From assembly GCA_027923505.1 (NCBI GenBank), contig BROI01000001.1, forward strand, positions 2,728,001-2,792,000: a DNA stretch of 64,000 nucleotides, given 5' to 3'. The stretch's first letter is position 1, and every line of letters starts with the position of its first letter. The notes below the pieces were generated by a model that saw nothing but the letters and a program-made list of their open reading frames with translations, was not told the origin of the DNA and made no database searches. This DNA is from Mayamaea pseudoterrestris. Lineage: Eukaryota. Made by a program: the position numbers and the translations under genes. This document shows, piece after piece, positions 22,758-33,674 of the stretch.

Positions 22758-25700
22758 CTATTGATCGTCCAAGCCAAGCTCGCGAATATCAAACTCTGCA
22801 TCCTCTAAGTCATCATATGCATTTTCTCTTCCACTGCTGTCGTCATCGTCGCCCTCACCAGCGTCGCCATCTTGCGTACCATCGCCAGCATTTAATCCAG
22901 CGTACGCGGCATCGTCGCCGTTAATGCCAATCTCAAAATTTCCGTCTTGCTGGATATGAAGGATTCGACTCTCAAGATCCAGTATAATGGTTTCTTGCTC
23001 CTGTGGGTGCACGTCTGTGCAGCCTTCCATTTCGCCACGATAATAAACTAGCTTATGCAGTAAAGCTTCCTTGTCCTCCAAGGACATGTCAGTGTATTGC
23101 ATATCCATTGCTTGAAGCGTCGCATTCAATTGTGTCAACATTCCTGGACCGTACAAGGCTTCATGCTCGTCCGCCATGCGCGGGTAGCCAGTCTTCCGCA
23201 GAACATATGCATTGTCTCGTCGACCTTGCTGGTACCAGTAGTCGGCAACATATGTCCAGTTGTGCCATTCGCGCCATCGATCCTTCTTGTCCTTGACATC
23301 GAAAAATGGACCGTCCGTGTGAATTTGTTCATATATATCTTCAGGCATGTATCGAATCCAAGCATAGTCGGGATGACCATAGTAATATAGCATATGAGTT
23401 TCGTCATCCATCTTGGGCGTCTCCTGTGGAAACCACAAGAAGTCGACCATGCGCAGCATACTCACTTTGTCTGGATGGTATGCTTCTAGAATCTCCTGCA
23501 GCTCACGCATCCGCTTGACTGCTGCACCAATCCCGTAGCCAGCTAGAGCTTCTGGCCATGGCTCTTCGTCAGGCATGATGAAGTCTTCTGTAACAAGTAA
23601 ATCACCTCGAATTAAGTAGTATGCGTAGAATGCGCACATGGCCTTGTCAAAGGGTACGTCAATAAAGCGCTCTGGATCACCCCAATCGAAACCGATGGCG
23701 TCGAGCTGCTCTTTGCGCGCCGACAAATGCTTCACTTCAAGACTGCCGTCTTTAATGCGAGCAACAACGGTTCCAAGCGTCCATCCAGCCAGATGCTCCG
23801 GCCATTCGCTTGCGTCCAAATCTGTCGCAGGTGCGACAACAACTGTAGCTGATTGCTCAATAGCTTCCTCTTGCATTCGACGCATAGTGTCAATATCAAA
23901 ATCCTGGCTTCCGTCAAAGTCGAAGCGTCTGTCTTCAATTTTGGACATGGCGACTGCTGCATTTGCGGAAGCTTCCACGTCAAACTGATCGTAGCCCTCA
24001 TCGTCGTCGTCAAGAAAGCCTGTAATCTCCTTAATTTTTGGTATGACAAAATCCTCAGTCAGGTTGCGAAAGCCGCCATAAAGTCGTTTATAAATCGTCA
24101 AGGCTTCGACAACGTCTTCAAAGACATAGTCATCACCAAAGTCATCGTTAAACCAAGGGATATACTTTTCTTGCTTCCCCTTGATGACTCGTCGGTTCTC
24201 AGTGACCCCAGTGATAATGCCAACCTCTTTCGCGCGCTCAAATGCTGTATTAAACGTTTCATCAATTGTCCGCGGTGGTGCATAGTCGGGTTCTGGCGGT
24301 GCTTCGGCAGCCGTCATAGCAGCTGCTTTTCGATCGCTCTCGCCATCCAGGCTCCAGGTGGGAGCTGTGGATTCACCATCAGTCGACACACCAAAGGTTT
24401 TTTCAAAGTCAAAAGAGTCGTCAAACAGCGAATTCAAGTCATCATTTGATTCGTTGTCGTTATTTACGTCGTTTGATGGACCAGACGTTTCATCGATCTT
24501 TACTTCCGCTTCCAACTCCTCCTTCGACTTTCTGCCTCGTCGAGTGCGCTCCTTGGGCATCATCCACACAAAGCCAAGCTCGTCCAACACGAGTCGCCGC
24601 TCGGGATGGTTATTTACAAAGCTACCTTGGGCCCGAATCGAATTAACCCGAGCACCGAGCCGAAGCTCCCACGTCTCCTTGGGCCAGTCGGAATTGTTCT
24701 TGGGCACAACAAAAGGCTGTGGAACCAGCAAGTCGCCGTATAATTCCTTGTATCGTCGCAAAGCAGTAATGATGTTTTGAAACCGAAGGTCATTGACCGA
24801 TGGAGCTTCCTGTTCTAGCGCAGTAGCTCGATCGTTGGTGTTACTTGAACTGCTAGCGCCGCCGAGCAGAGCCAACCCCAATCGTTGAAACTTGTCCTTC
24901 ATTTCCGGATGATCGTCAATCAATTGTCGCTTCAAGTCTGCAATTTGCTCTCCAAGCGGCAACCCACGAACGTTCTCTGGCCATGGATCAGCATCGGGTA
25001 TCATAAAGTGAATGGGAACGCCCCAAGCATTTTGATCTTGCCCTTTAGTTTGCGCAACGATAATTTGCTTGTATGACTCCAGCGCACTATACAGTTGCTC
25101 TATTGGTAGCTTTTCGAACGGTGTATTCGTACTACTTTGACTATTGACTCGCATTCTCCAAACAAACCCCAGTTCTTGAAGCTGCTGCCGACGAATTGGT
25201 CCCGAATTGGCATCGTTCAAATACTTGCCCGTCCCTCTAATCTCGGCGACAATGCGTCCAAGCTTCATGCCCCAACATGGCTTGGGCCATGGCTTCATAT
25301 CAGGTACCACAAATCTGTTTGCAACCTTCAGGTCATTGTAAGCTGCCTTGTAAATTTGTAGGGCGATGTAAATAGCCTTCCAGGTGCGATCATCGGTATC
25401 GTTGGAAGTTGTTGTGTCGGTCGATGGCTTGTCGCTTCGACTGCTGCCATCAGGCGATTGAGACGAAAATAAACGAGTGAAGGTTCTTGATGATTGACAA
25501 ACGTTTGCGGATTGTTGTTGTAAGGAAAATGCGAGTGAAGATGTCCGTCGTTGTGACCGAGCCAATGATGCAAAGCGTTTCTGAGATGTCGAAATTATTC
25601 GCTGCCTCCGAAACGCTGAATAACCAGAATTTTCGATAGTGAAAGCAGCAACTCTGGCTTGTCTAGAAAGCATCAACAAAAGTATGCCTTGTATTACTAT

Positions 25701-25781
25701 TAGGCTTGACCTTCTGCCAGCCATTCTCCTTAAGGATCCCAATGATTGACAGCACCTTTGGATGTTGTTGTCGGCCATCAT
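22758..25781 (-). CDS. Probably plastid-targeted protein with ~5 helicase-associated (HA)-like repeats
   Basis: Signal + VAA|FTIE presequence. Repeats of ALxxYKxxYGDLxVPxxFVVP...WP...GxxLGxxVxxIR...LxxLGFVW. Acidic C-terminal tail. Confidence 0.8.
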   Translation of the reverse strand: MMADNNIQRCCQSLGSLRRMAGRRSSLIVIQGILLLMLSRQARVAAFTIENSGYSAFRRQRIISTSQKRFASLARSQRRTSSLAFSLQQQSANVCQSSRTFTRLFSSQSPDGSSRSDKPSTDTTTSNDTDDRTWKAIYIALQIYKAAYNDLKVANRFVVPDMKPWPKPCWGMKLGRIVAEIRGTGKYLNDANSGPIRRQQLQELGFVWRMRVNSQSSTNTPFEKLPIEQLYSALESYKQIIVAQTKGQDQNAWGVPIHFMIPDADPWPENVRGLPLGEQIADLKRQLIDDHPEMKDKFQRLGLALLGGASSSSNTNDRATALEQEAPSVNDLRFQNIITALRRYKELYGDLLVPQPFVVPKNNSDWPKETWELRLGARVNSIRAQGSFVNNHPERRLVLDELGFVWMMPKERTRRGRKSKEELEAEVKIDETSGPSNDVNNDNESNDDLNSLFDDSFDFEKTFGVSTDGESTAPTWSLDGESDRKAAAMTAAEAPPEPDYAPPRTIDETFNTAFERAKEVGIITGVTENRRVIKGKQEKYIPWFNDDFGDDYVFEDVVEALTIYKRLYGGFRNLTEDFVIPKIKEITGFLDDDDEGYDQFDVEASANAAVAMSKIEDRRFDFDGSQDFDIDTMRRMQEEAIEQSATVVVAPATDLDASEWPEHLAGWTLGTVVARIKDGSLEVKHLSARKEQLDAIGFDWGDPERFIDVPFDKAMCAFYAYYLIRGDLLVTEDFIMPDEEPWPEALAGYGIGAAVKRMRELQEILEAYHPDKVSMLRMVDFLWFPQETPKMDDETHMLYYYGHPDYAWIRYMPEDIYEQIHTDGPFFDVKDKKDRWREWHNWTYVADYWYQQGRRDNAYVLRKTGYPRMADEHEALYGPGMLTQLNATLQAMDMQYTDMSLEDKEALLHKLVYYRGEMEGCTDVHPQEQETIILDLESRILHIQQDGNFEIGINGDDAAYAGLNAGDGTQDGDAGEGDDDDSSGRENAYDDLEDAEFDIRELGLDDQ

Positions 25782-26220
25782 GCAAAGACCTGTATGATAG
25801 TTTACTCAGCTATCAAAGCGAATATACTAGTCGATCCTACACTCCCTCGTTCTTTTTAGCAGGCGTTGTTTCACTTGTCGGAGGATCAGCCAGAGGCCAT
25901 TTATGCGCGGTTGTAAATCAATCGACTGTAAATTGACTCACATCCAAGCCATCACCATTGTCCTCGTCGCGCGCCACACAAAAATTTCGTGGCGCGCGAC
26001 GACAGACGTATACGAGCGGCACTGAAAAGACATCTGAGAACTCTTTCGTCACTCACCGCGAACCGCTCGATCTCATCACAACATGCTCGGAAACCGTTCA
26101 AAGGTCGTTGCTGGAAAGACCTTTGCAATATCGGAGCTATCAGTCAAAGAGAGAGTGGTTCTATTGTTCGTTGATTTGTAGTTTCTACGTTGTTTACGCT
26201 GTAGAGAAAAACACTTGACA

Positions 26221-28945
26221 ATGAGCAGCAACGGGAGCAAAAGCATCGAGACGAAACCCAGGTACGTCTTTGCAGCGACTACGTAGAATGCAGTATAAAT
26301 CCTACGGCGCGTGTTGCAATTAATTGATTGCGCGTGCTTGCTTGCCTTGGCCGTGAATCTGCTTCTTAAGTCGTCCTTGCTTTACTCTATTACACTATTA
26401 CAGCGCTTCGTCTGTCAAGAACGCTTGGAGTAAACCGTTGCAACCAAAGACTGTTGTTTCGCCTCCGCCCGGCATGAGCACCAAGACGTCCTCGTCAACG
26501 ACTGGATCCGGTGCAGCAGCCGCTCGCGCAAGTGGTTCTATTCCTTCAACCATTACCACGACTACGACTTCCAACAGTAGCTCGGCTCCAGTCTTGCTGT
26601 CTGATACCCAAGCCCTTCTTCGCGAGCGCTTCGTATCGCTCATTCTAGTCGCGGTTGGTCAACCCATCACGGCCACTCTAATTGATGGCACCAAATTGGA
26701 AGGCATTTTTCATAACGCCTCGCCCTTTGAAAACATTCCAGACGAAAAGCTTCGAAACAAATATGTTTTTCATCAAGTCAATGTTTTGGAAAAGGGTCTC
26801 AAGTTTCAATTTACGACGGGAAGCACAGCAATTTTAGAAATGAGCGACGTTGTGAATCTTGCATTAAAAGACATGCGTCTTGATTCAATTCCAGCGTTGG
26901 ACAAGGCAAGCAATGCCACCACCGCGGCAGCTGATGGAACAGGAGCAGCTTTTCGGACGGATGCAGAAATTTCGGCTGCGGCGGGCGCAGGAAAGAGCAA
27001 GGTCTTGGAGGCGGCTGGCGCAGCGTGGACGGGCGGGGCTGGCAGCGCCCGTGCATCTCCTCTCACTGCAGGAGGCCCTCAGCGAAACTCGCGGGCTGAA
27101 GCATTGATGGGAAGTAGTGGAAATGGAAATAACATTAATAATAGTGCGAGTGGTGGAGGTGTTGCAGCGGCTGGTCCGTTGCAAGGAAATATCGGTCGCT
27201 GGGACCAGTTTGAAGCAAACAAGGCGTTGTTCAACGTCGATGCAACCTACGATGAGAGTCTATACACTACGAGTCTCGACAAGTCTAAAATTGACGCGCA
27301 GCAATTAAAAACGGCGGAGAAGCTTGCCAAGGAGATTGAGTCGCAAACGACGACTAATATACATATGGCCGAGGAGCGGGGTTTCATGGTGGAAACGGAT
27401 TACGACGAGGAAGACTTGTATTCGGGCGTGATCAAGTCGACGGATGGAAAGCTCAATAAAAAGCTGCAAACGCAAAACAAAAGGGCTACAACTGCATTGC
27501 CACCCAAGATGAATTATGCGGCCGCTGCAGCCAAGCAAACCATGCCGCCTGGATTTAACGCTACTGGCTCTGGTAAGCCGCCACAGACGCCCACTAGAGG
27601 CGCTGCCAGCGAATCGGAAAAGCCGACAAGTCCGCAGGCAAGTAATTTGGTCAATTTAAGCGCCGCTTCGGATGCTACAGTGACCGAAACAGTGCCAGTG
27701 CAAGGCTTGGGCGAGTCGAAATCTGCCACAGAAACCAAAGACGACGACAACATTTCCAAACCTGTTTCAAAGCTAAAGCTCAATCCCAACGCCAAGGAAT
27801 TTTCTCTCAGTGTTGGTGCCAAGCCATTCACTCCGAACTTTACTCTGCCCGATCAGCCGCCTGTTGTTCTTCAGCAGCACCAGCACCAACTTCAATTGAG
27901 CCAAATGCAGCACGTTTACGACCCCAATACTGGCATGCACATTTCTGTTGATCCTAATATGATGCATCCAAATGCATATATGCAGGGCCCCCCAATGGGT
28001 CATCCTGGTAAGTCTTCGATTTGGTACGGTGAGACTTGATGAGGCCAAATTGAGCTTATTTTTGTCTATAAAAACACAGGAATGATGGGTCTGATGCCTC
28101 CGCAACAGTTTCACCCGAGCATGAGATATCCTGGACAGTTTCCGGGCATGGATGCACAGCACCAGCATCACATAGTTCCTGTGGCACCAATTCCCCAAGC
28201 ATCGGCTCCTCCTCAACAGTCTGCCCCACCGATTGCGTCGCAGGCAAGTGGTGCAGCATCGCCGATGACTGCATCGGAAGACGAATCACCACCAGTTCCT
28301 GAAGCCATGCTGGATAACGAATCACAGTCATCGAGCCAAGCTCCTCAACACATGCAAATGCAGCAATCGCATATCCCACAGCAAGGAATACCACAGTACA
28401 GCGTTCCTCCCCACTTCTACGCCCATATGCATCCACCACCACAGCATGGTCTTCCTTTTGCTCCGCAGGTCTATGGTATGCCACAACAGATTTCGCCCGG
28501 GCAAGTATATAGGCAACCCACTTATCAGATGCAACCCAACCTGCCGCCCAACATGATGAGGCAACATTTTGTCTACGGCCAAGGCGGTCCAGGTCACTAT
28601 CAGCAGCAATATGGCTATGACGATGGCGATAATTTTCGTGGCGGAAGAGGTCGAGGACGTAATGGTGGACGAGGACCGAATGCTGGAGGGCGAGGGGCTG
28701 GTCGCAATAATAGGAACAATAATATGAGTGGTAGGGGCGGCCAGGCAGGTCGAACTTACGCTCACCAACAGGAAGGTCATCAGCAGCATTTCGGAGGCTC
28801 TTCCACAACAGCGCAGAAAGAAGAGAGCAAGGAGGGACACACAAACACCTTCGAGTCTGTCGTGCCGTCAGCCCCTCTGAAAATAGACGATTCGGCGAAT
28901 CCAAAAAACAAACCGACGATGGAACATGTTCCTCAGCAGCCATAG
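26221..28945 (+). CDS. ATXN2: Ataxin-2/Pbp1 homolog; exons 26221-26261, 26404-28007, 28080-28945
   Basis: Lsm domain (VGQPITATLIDGTKLEGIFH), FRTDAEIS, LsmAD (WDQFEANKALFNVDATYDESLYTT...HMAEERG...DEEDLYSGV), PAM2 KLNPNAKEF, Q/P-rich region and RGG box. Both introns are in frame. Confidence 0.93.
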
Positions 28946-29266
28946 ACATGCAGCGGCGACCGTCTCGCCAGCGTTCTCAAGGTCCTGGTCGACTTTTTAC
29001 GGTACTTGAAGACGCAAACACCACTGCTACGAGGGATTGATACCGGACACACAATCAATTGCGGTAATCTTGTCCATTTCGCTTATATCGACAGTCGATT
29101 AGTAGCCACACTAAATTCTCGTATAGCAATCGCGAAGCATACGTCAATGTAACTACTCTAGTACTTGTATGCGCAGTGGTTATTTTGCTGTATATACTGT
29201 CACACTTTTACGCATCATATTTCGATGCCTACGTCGTATAATCTGCATTGGCCCACTGGCACTCGT

Positions 29267-30172
29267 CTACGACTCTTTTGGCTCATTGTTCCCAAATGAA
29301 AGACTGTATGACCCAGTGTTTGGGTCTTGGACAGCCTTAAAATTGTCAAGGGACAAACCAAAATTGCCAAGAATGCTGTTGCCAAGCTCCTTCAACTTGT
29401 CCATCGTCTCCGTCTTTAATTTCTCCATTCGCTCTGCTTCTAGCTTTTCAATCCGCTGTACTGTATGCTTCAGCTTGACATTATATGGGTCAATTGTATA
29501 CGCCATCTTGGCGTCTTCAAGAGCCTTGTCCGTCTTGTCAAGTGCCTCGTACGCTTGACAGCGTCGCATCAAAGCTTTAGTGTATCTTGGATTCCACAAA
29601 ATGGCAGCGTCACAATCTTTAACCACTGCGTCATACTTTTGCAAATGCAGGTATACAGCAGCGCGGTTGCAGTGATAGACGGATAGCTTTTCGGAGTGCT
29701 CATGAGGCGGAGGAACGAAAGGATCTGGTGGACTGGGTTTCGCCTTGGTCTTGTCGTCATCATCATCCTTGTCGTTCTTGCTTGATTGTCGGGTTTTGCG
29801 ACGTTGCTCGTCTTCCTCCATATACCGTTTTCGCATCTCTTTGCCTTGCTGCTCGAGAAAATCATCCTGCATATTTAAAAGTTCAACCGCCGTCATTCCT
29901 GGTGTCGATTCAATCGCCTTGGTATATTTTTCCAGCGCCAAGTCCCAGTTTTGTTCCTTAAACGCATTGTTGCCTTGCAGTTTGTAAGCCTCTGCCTCTT
30001 CCATGACCGGATCCAGTCTTTCGTCTTTCGGGTCTTGCGTCGAACCCTGCGGCTTCAATATCGTTGCTCCGCCGCCAACCTCATAGACGACGTCACTTTC
30101 CTTGTCCGACGAAGCGGCGGAAATATCAAAGCCGGCGCTGGTGAATTGAATGTTATCGCTTGCTGGTGACAT
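29267..30172 (-). CDS. TTC1: Tetratricopeptide repeat protein 1-like
   Basis: Three TPRs and the TTC1-type C-terminus KLKELGNSILGNFGLSLDNFKAVQDPNTGSYSLSF. Confidence 0.9.
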   Translation of the reverse strand: MSPASDNIQFTSAGFDISAASSDKESDVVYEVGGGATILKPQGSTQDPKDERLDPVMEEAEAYKLQGNNAFKEQNWDLALEKYTKAIESTPGMTAVELLNMQDDFLEQQGKEMRKRYMEEDEQRRKTRQSSKNDKDDDDDKTKAKPSPPDPFVPPPHEHSEKLSVYHCNRAAVYLHLQKYDAVVKDCDAAILWNPRYTKALMRRCQAYEALDKTDKALEDAKMAYTIDPYNVKLKHTVQRIEKLEAERMEKLKTETMDKLKELGNSILGNFGLSLDNFKAVQDPNTGSYSLSFGNNEPKES

Positions 30173-30340
30173 GGTTGTTATGATGTGTCAAAAGACTTGA
30201 CATACGTAAGGCTGAATAGTATGAGGCAGCAGGAGCGAAGCGAGCAGAGCTAATTGGTTCTCACGTTCAATAGTGATCTCCATCATGGTCAAGCGCGAGG
30301 AACAACACGTGGAACTCGGCGGATTTTACTTGTCTTTCGA

Positions 30341-30640
30341 TGACGCAGTTTTCACTGGCACTCGTTTCATAGTATTGCCTGATGACGCAGTTTTCACTGG
30401 CACTCGTTTCGCAGTATTGCCTTATGACGCAGTTTTCACTGGCATTCGTTTTGTAGTATAGCCTTCTGACGCAGTTTTCACTGGCAGTCGTTTCGTGTCA
30501 CAACTACTGCCTTGTGACGTAATTGACACTGGCACTTGTTTCGTAATATTGCCTTGTGACGTAATTGACACTGGCACTCGTTTCGTACTATTGCCTTTAG
30601 ACGTAATTGACACTGGCACTCGTTTCGTATTATTGCCTTT
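30341..30640. repeat. Minisatellite: 7 tandem copies of a 42-bp unit (copy 4 is 48 bp)
   Basis: Units start at 30341, 30383, 30425, 30467, 30515, 30557, 30599. Consensus TGACG(CAGTTTT/TAATTGA)CACTGGCACTCGTTTCGTAGTATTGCCTTN. Confidence 0.97.
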
Positions 30641-30858
30641 TCTGCGTCAAGCGCAAAGCAGCGGTACAAATAAGTGCCTCCGCGACAACCACGCATTGCT
30701 TTCGACTCGCCTGGAAGACGGTCAATCAGCAGGTCGGCATTCACCTTCGACCATCTGGCAGCTGCAGCCACCAGCATTCGTAACCTTGGATCTCTATATA
30801 ACTTTGGCTTGTCGCAACGATGTCGATTGGACGGCCTGAGCGACGGAGGCTGTCGAGA

Positions 30859-32154
30859 ATGGCTACATCATTGTTCTTCGTCGTTGCACTGCACACGCTG
30901 CCGACCGTGACATGCAGCACCTCGCCTAACCCTGTCGGTGCACTTGTCGGATATGTCGTTTCATCCGTGACAAAGACGATTGATGGTGTCGGGGAACTAT
31001 GGTCGAACCATGGTCGATGCAACGAGATTCGCAAGAAAATGTCAGTCCATCGCAACTCGATCAAGTCAGAATGGGAAGAGCAAGATGGAATCTTGACGTC
31101 GCTGCAGAAGGAGCAGTTGAAAAAGATGCAGGGTGGCATATCCTTCGAAGAGTATGTCTTTCTGCAAAAGGGAAAGGAAGATCGCGGCAAGGTCCTTAAC
31201 TTGGTATTTCTCATGTGGGGTGCACCTAAGTTCCTTCCATACGCCTTGCTCTTTAACCCTAGTATCATGCCGTCGCCGTTCAAAGCAGCACCAGCGGATG
31301 GAGGAGACAGTTTATGGGCCATTCAGTCGCGACAGAGGTCAGCCGCTGTCTTGCAAGCCTTAGTGTCATTAGAGCAGGCGTCAAACGAGCTATATGCGTC
31401 GGGGTTTTCATTGGCCAAGATGAACATTTTTGGAAAGAAGGAACAGGCGAAACAACAGAAACAATTAGTGGCAATGACAGATTCATGCACTCGCATGATG
31501 ACGGATCCTAGTGTGTGTGGTCGGATTGGAGCAGAAAAAATTCTTGAAAGTTTGCCGGAAGGATGGCTTTACAAGCGATCTGTGCACGTGGACGTCAATG
31601 AGGATGAAACTGTTTCCGATATAGTTATAACTGACTTTGATCGCGGCGAGAAACGATTGTCATTAGTTCCCAAGCCAGTTGTGAAGGGACTGGCCAATGT
31701 GCTGAGCGGTGGCTCTGCTGGGATTTTTGCTGGGATACAGCCGCACTTTTTGACTCGTGGCCGACTTTTGGGTCACATTACGAAAGTTGAACAGGCGGAC
31801 GAGTTTCTGACGGGTGCTAAAATAGATTTAGATACGATATCAAAACAGCTCCTAAAAGAAGCATGCAGCGATCGGTTTTACGACAGCCCGGCGGCCAGTG
31901 AAGAGGAGCTGCGCGAGCAATTGGCCACGTGGCTGGAGTTGACGGTTCACGAACCAGCTTTGAAGCTGAAACGAAGCGAGGCGTTATATTACAATGGCAA
32001 CTTGGCTCGCATGGCGCTCATGGCTTATAATAGTCTTATATCAACAAGGGCTCCTAGCAGTGCGTCCACCTTGCCACGGCTGCTGTACACTGGGAAAGCC
32101 GCTGGCGACGACGAATCGGACAAAAAGCATGGCCGGAGATCTAGAAATCGATAG
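30859..32154 (+). CDS. Signal-peptide protein with a LETM1-like C-terminal region
   Basis: MATSLFFVVAL signal. ISFEEYVFLQKGKEDR...MPSPF and RLLGHITKVEQADEFL...LDTISKQLLKEACSDR...LREQLATWL resemble LETM1-like domains. Confidence 0.6.
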   Translation: MATSLFFVVALHTLPTVTCSTSPNPVGALVGYVVSSVTKTIDGVGELWSNHGRCNEIRKKMSVHRNSIKSEWEEQDGILTSLQKEQLKKMQGGISFEEYVFLQKGKEDRGKVLNLVFLMWGAPKFLPYALLFNPSIMPSPFKAAPADGGDSLWAIQSRQRSAAVLQALVSLEQASNELYASGFSLAKMNIFGKKEQAKQQKQLVAMTDSCTRMMTDPSVCGRIGAEKILESLPEGWLYKRSVHVDVNEDETVSDIVITDFDRGEKRLSLVPKPVVKGLANVLSGGSAGIFAGIQPHFLTRGRLLGHITKVEQADEFLTGAKIDLDTISKQLLKEACSDRFYDSPAASEEELREQLATWLELTVHEPALKLKRSEALYYNGNLARMALMAYNSLISTRAPSSASTLPRLLYTGKAAGDDESDKKHGRRSRNR

Positions 32155-32212
32155 CTACGCATCATAATTAACGATAAGACAGCGTTTGTACTATATATGG
32201 ACAATAATGTCG

Positions 32213-33298
32213 TCATTGCACAAACAAGGCTGTAAGGAGACCAGCCGAGATTGGAACGCTGTAATTATCGTCCAATAAGTTGTTCGGCGCTAGCTCCAGA
32301 GCAGCAGCCACGAAGCAAATACCTCCCAACCGCAAGACTAGCTCTGGTAAGGCCAGTGTGAGTGTCAAACATCCCCAGTACTGTAGCCACAGCAACAGTC
32401 CGGTGGCGCAAGCGGTCGACGCCAACCAGAACGCCAGCGATCCAGCGACGCTTTTTTCCGAATTTAACCACTTGTTCGTTTTGCCAAATCGCCGTCCAAC
32501 AAGGTCGGCAACACCATCACCCGCTGCCAAAGCTGAGAGTGCAACGATACCTACGGCCGAAGATCTCCAAAATGCCAATATGCATGTTGCAAGTATTATA
32601 ACGTAGATGAACGGCCCACCCAATGCTTCGTTCGCGTCTCCGGATCGACTCACTGCGCGTGCTAGTTTTGTCTCACTTCCACCTCTACTCGCTAAATACA
32701 AGCGTAAAGCATTCATTGATGGAACAATCGCCGCATATACTCGCGCCCCAATGGCTGGTGAAAAAATGGGCCAAGTGATGATAAAGAGCGGAGCCGAAAG
32801 GGTGTGTATGAGCTTTCGGGCGTCGCGAGGATCCAGCCAGTCTCTTGAGACGGCGTACGTGTTGACGTAAACGAACAAATACCCCAAAGTAGCCGTGAGA
32901 ATTGTTGAGGCAATGTCGCGAAGTATGAGTGCATCCGTATATGGTTGGGCAGGTAAGCCATCACCAACAGGAAGGCCTTGAAGTAGGCCCACCTTGGCTG
33001 CGACTGAGACGCACAAAAGGGCCGAAACTCCCACAGTAGCCACCAGCGACTTTCGGCTTGGTTGTGCGCTGCTTGAAACTTCACTGTTGTCCTGGGAATT
33101 CCCTCCAAGAGTCGTGGTCGAAAGATGCCGATGAGGCGAATTCTGTCGTTGCTCAACATGGTGGAGTGTTTTAGTCCGCCTAGCCACGATTGTCGTAGCT
33201 GCATCAGCGGTCGAACGTATCAGATATGATGTCGGTGTGCTTTGAAAGGACGTCGCTGCGCTTGCCATGGTAAAAAGTACCGAAAGTCGGCGTATCAT
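32213..33298 (-). CDS. Phytol/farnesol kinase (VTE5/FOLK family), plastid presequence
   Basis: ARKLIHT, LARAVSRSGD..EALGGPFIY, GDGVADLVGRRFG..KW...KSVAGS, DDNYSVP. ATS|FQS cleavage motif. Confidence 0.9.
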   Translation of the reverse strand: MIRRLSVLFTMASAATSFQSTPTSYLIRSTADAATTIVARRTKTLHHVEQRQNSPHRHLSTTTLGGNSQDNSEVSSSAQPSRKSLVATVGVSALLCVSVAAKVGLLQGLPVGDGLPAQPYTDALILRDIASTILTATLGYLFVYVNTYAVSRDWLDPRDARKLIHTLSAPLFIITWPIFSPAIGARVYAAIVPSMNALRLYLASRGGSETKLARAVSRSGDANEALGGPFIYVIILATCILAFWRSSAVGIVALSALAAGDGVADLVGRRFGKTNKWLNSEKSVAGSLAFWLASTACATGLLLWLQYWGCLTLTLALPELVLRLGGICFVAAALELAPNNLLDDNYSVPISAGLLTALFVQ

Positions 33299-33674
33299 TG
33301 TGGAAACGGATGTTCTGTGCAGCAGAAAAAGTGAGATGAAATTATATGAATGTGAAGTTATTCGATGGTTGGTGAAAAGGCTTCCAGCAAAGCAATAGGA
33401 TTTTCAAGTTTCAGATCTTACATAGTATCACTCAATTCTCTCAATAGACTTGCAAAGCCACAACTATGATACTGCTTGTCGAAGGAAAAATGTGACGCGC
33501 GAGAGCCGACCTTCACTTCATAACCGCTACGATAAATTTTTAAGTAAGCGACATTGAAATTCTTTTACTGTCACTCTAAGTGTACTCTGCTTCAGGCGAA
33601 ACCTTGCGTCCCGCGCCGACTCTCCTCCATATCCATTCTTCCAGGCTGTACGAGAACTACTCGACTCTTTTGAC

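Noticed and set aside
28056..28949. 297-aa antisense ORF (and similar ones at 59080-59826, 23853-24449, 14655-15224)
   Set aside because: These are shadows of well-supported genes on the opposite strand or frame, with no recognisable motifs.
30341..30640. 42-bp array as a CRISPR array or a coding repeat
   Set aside because: There are no unique spacers and no cas genes, and the context is eukaryotic. The 14-aa repeat frames are broken by stops on both strands (TAG at ~30459 on +, TAA at ~30422 on -).
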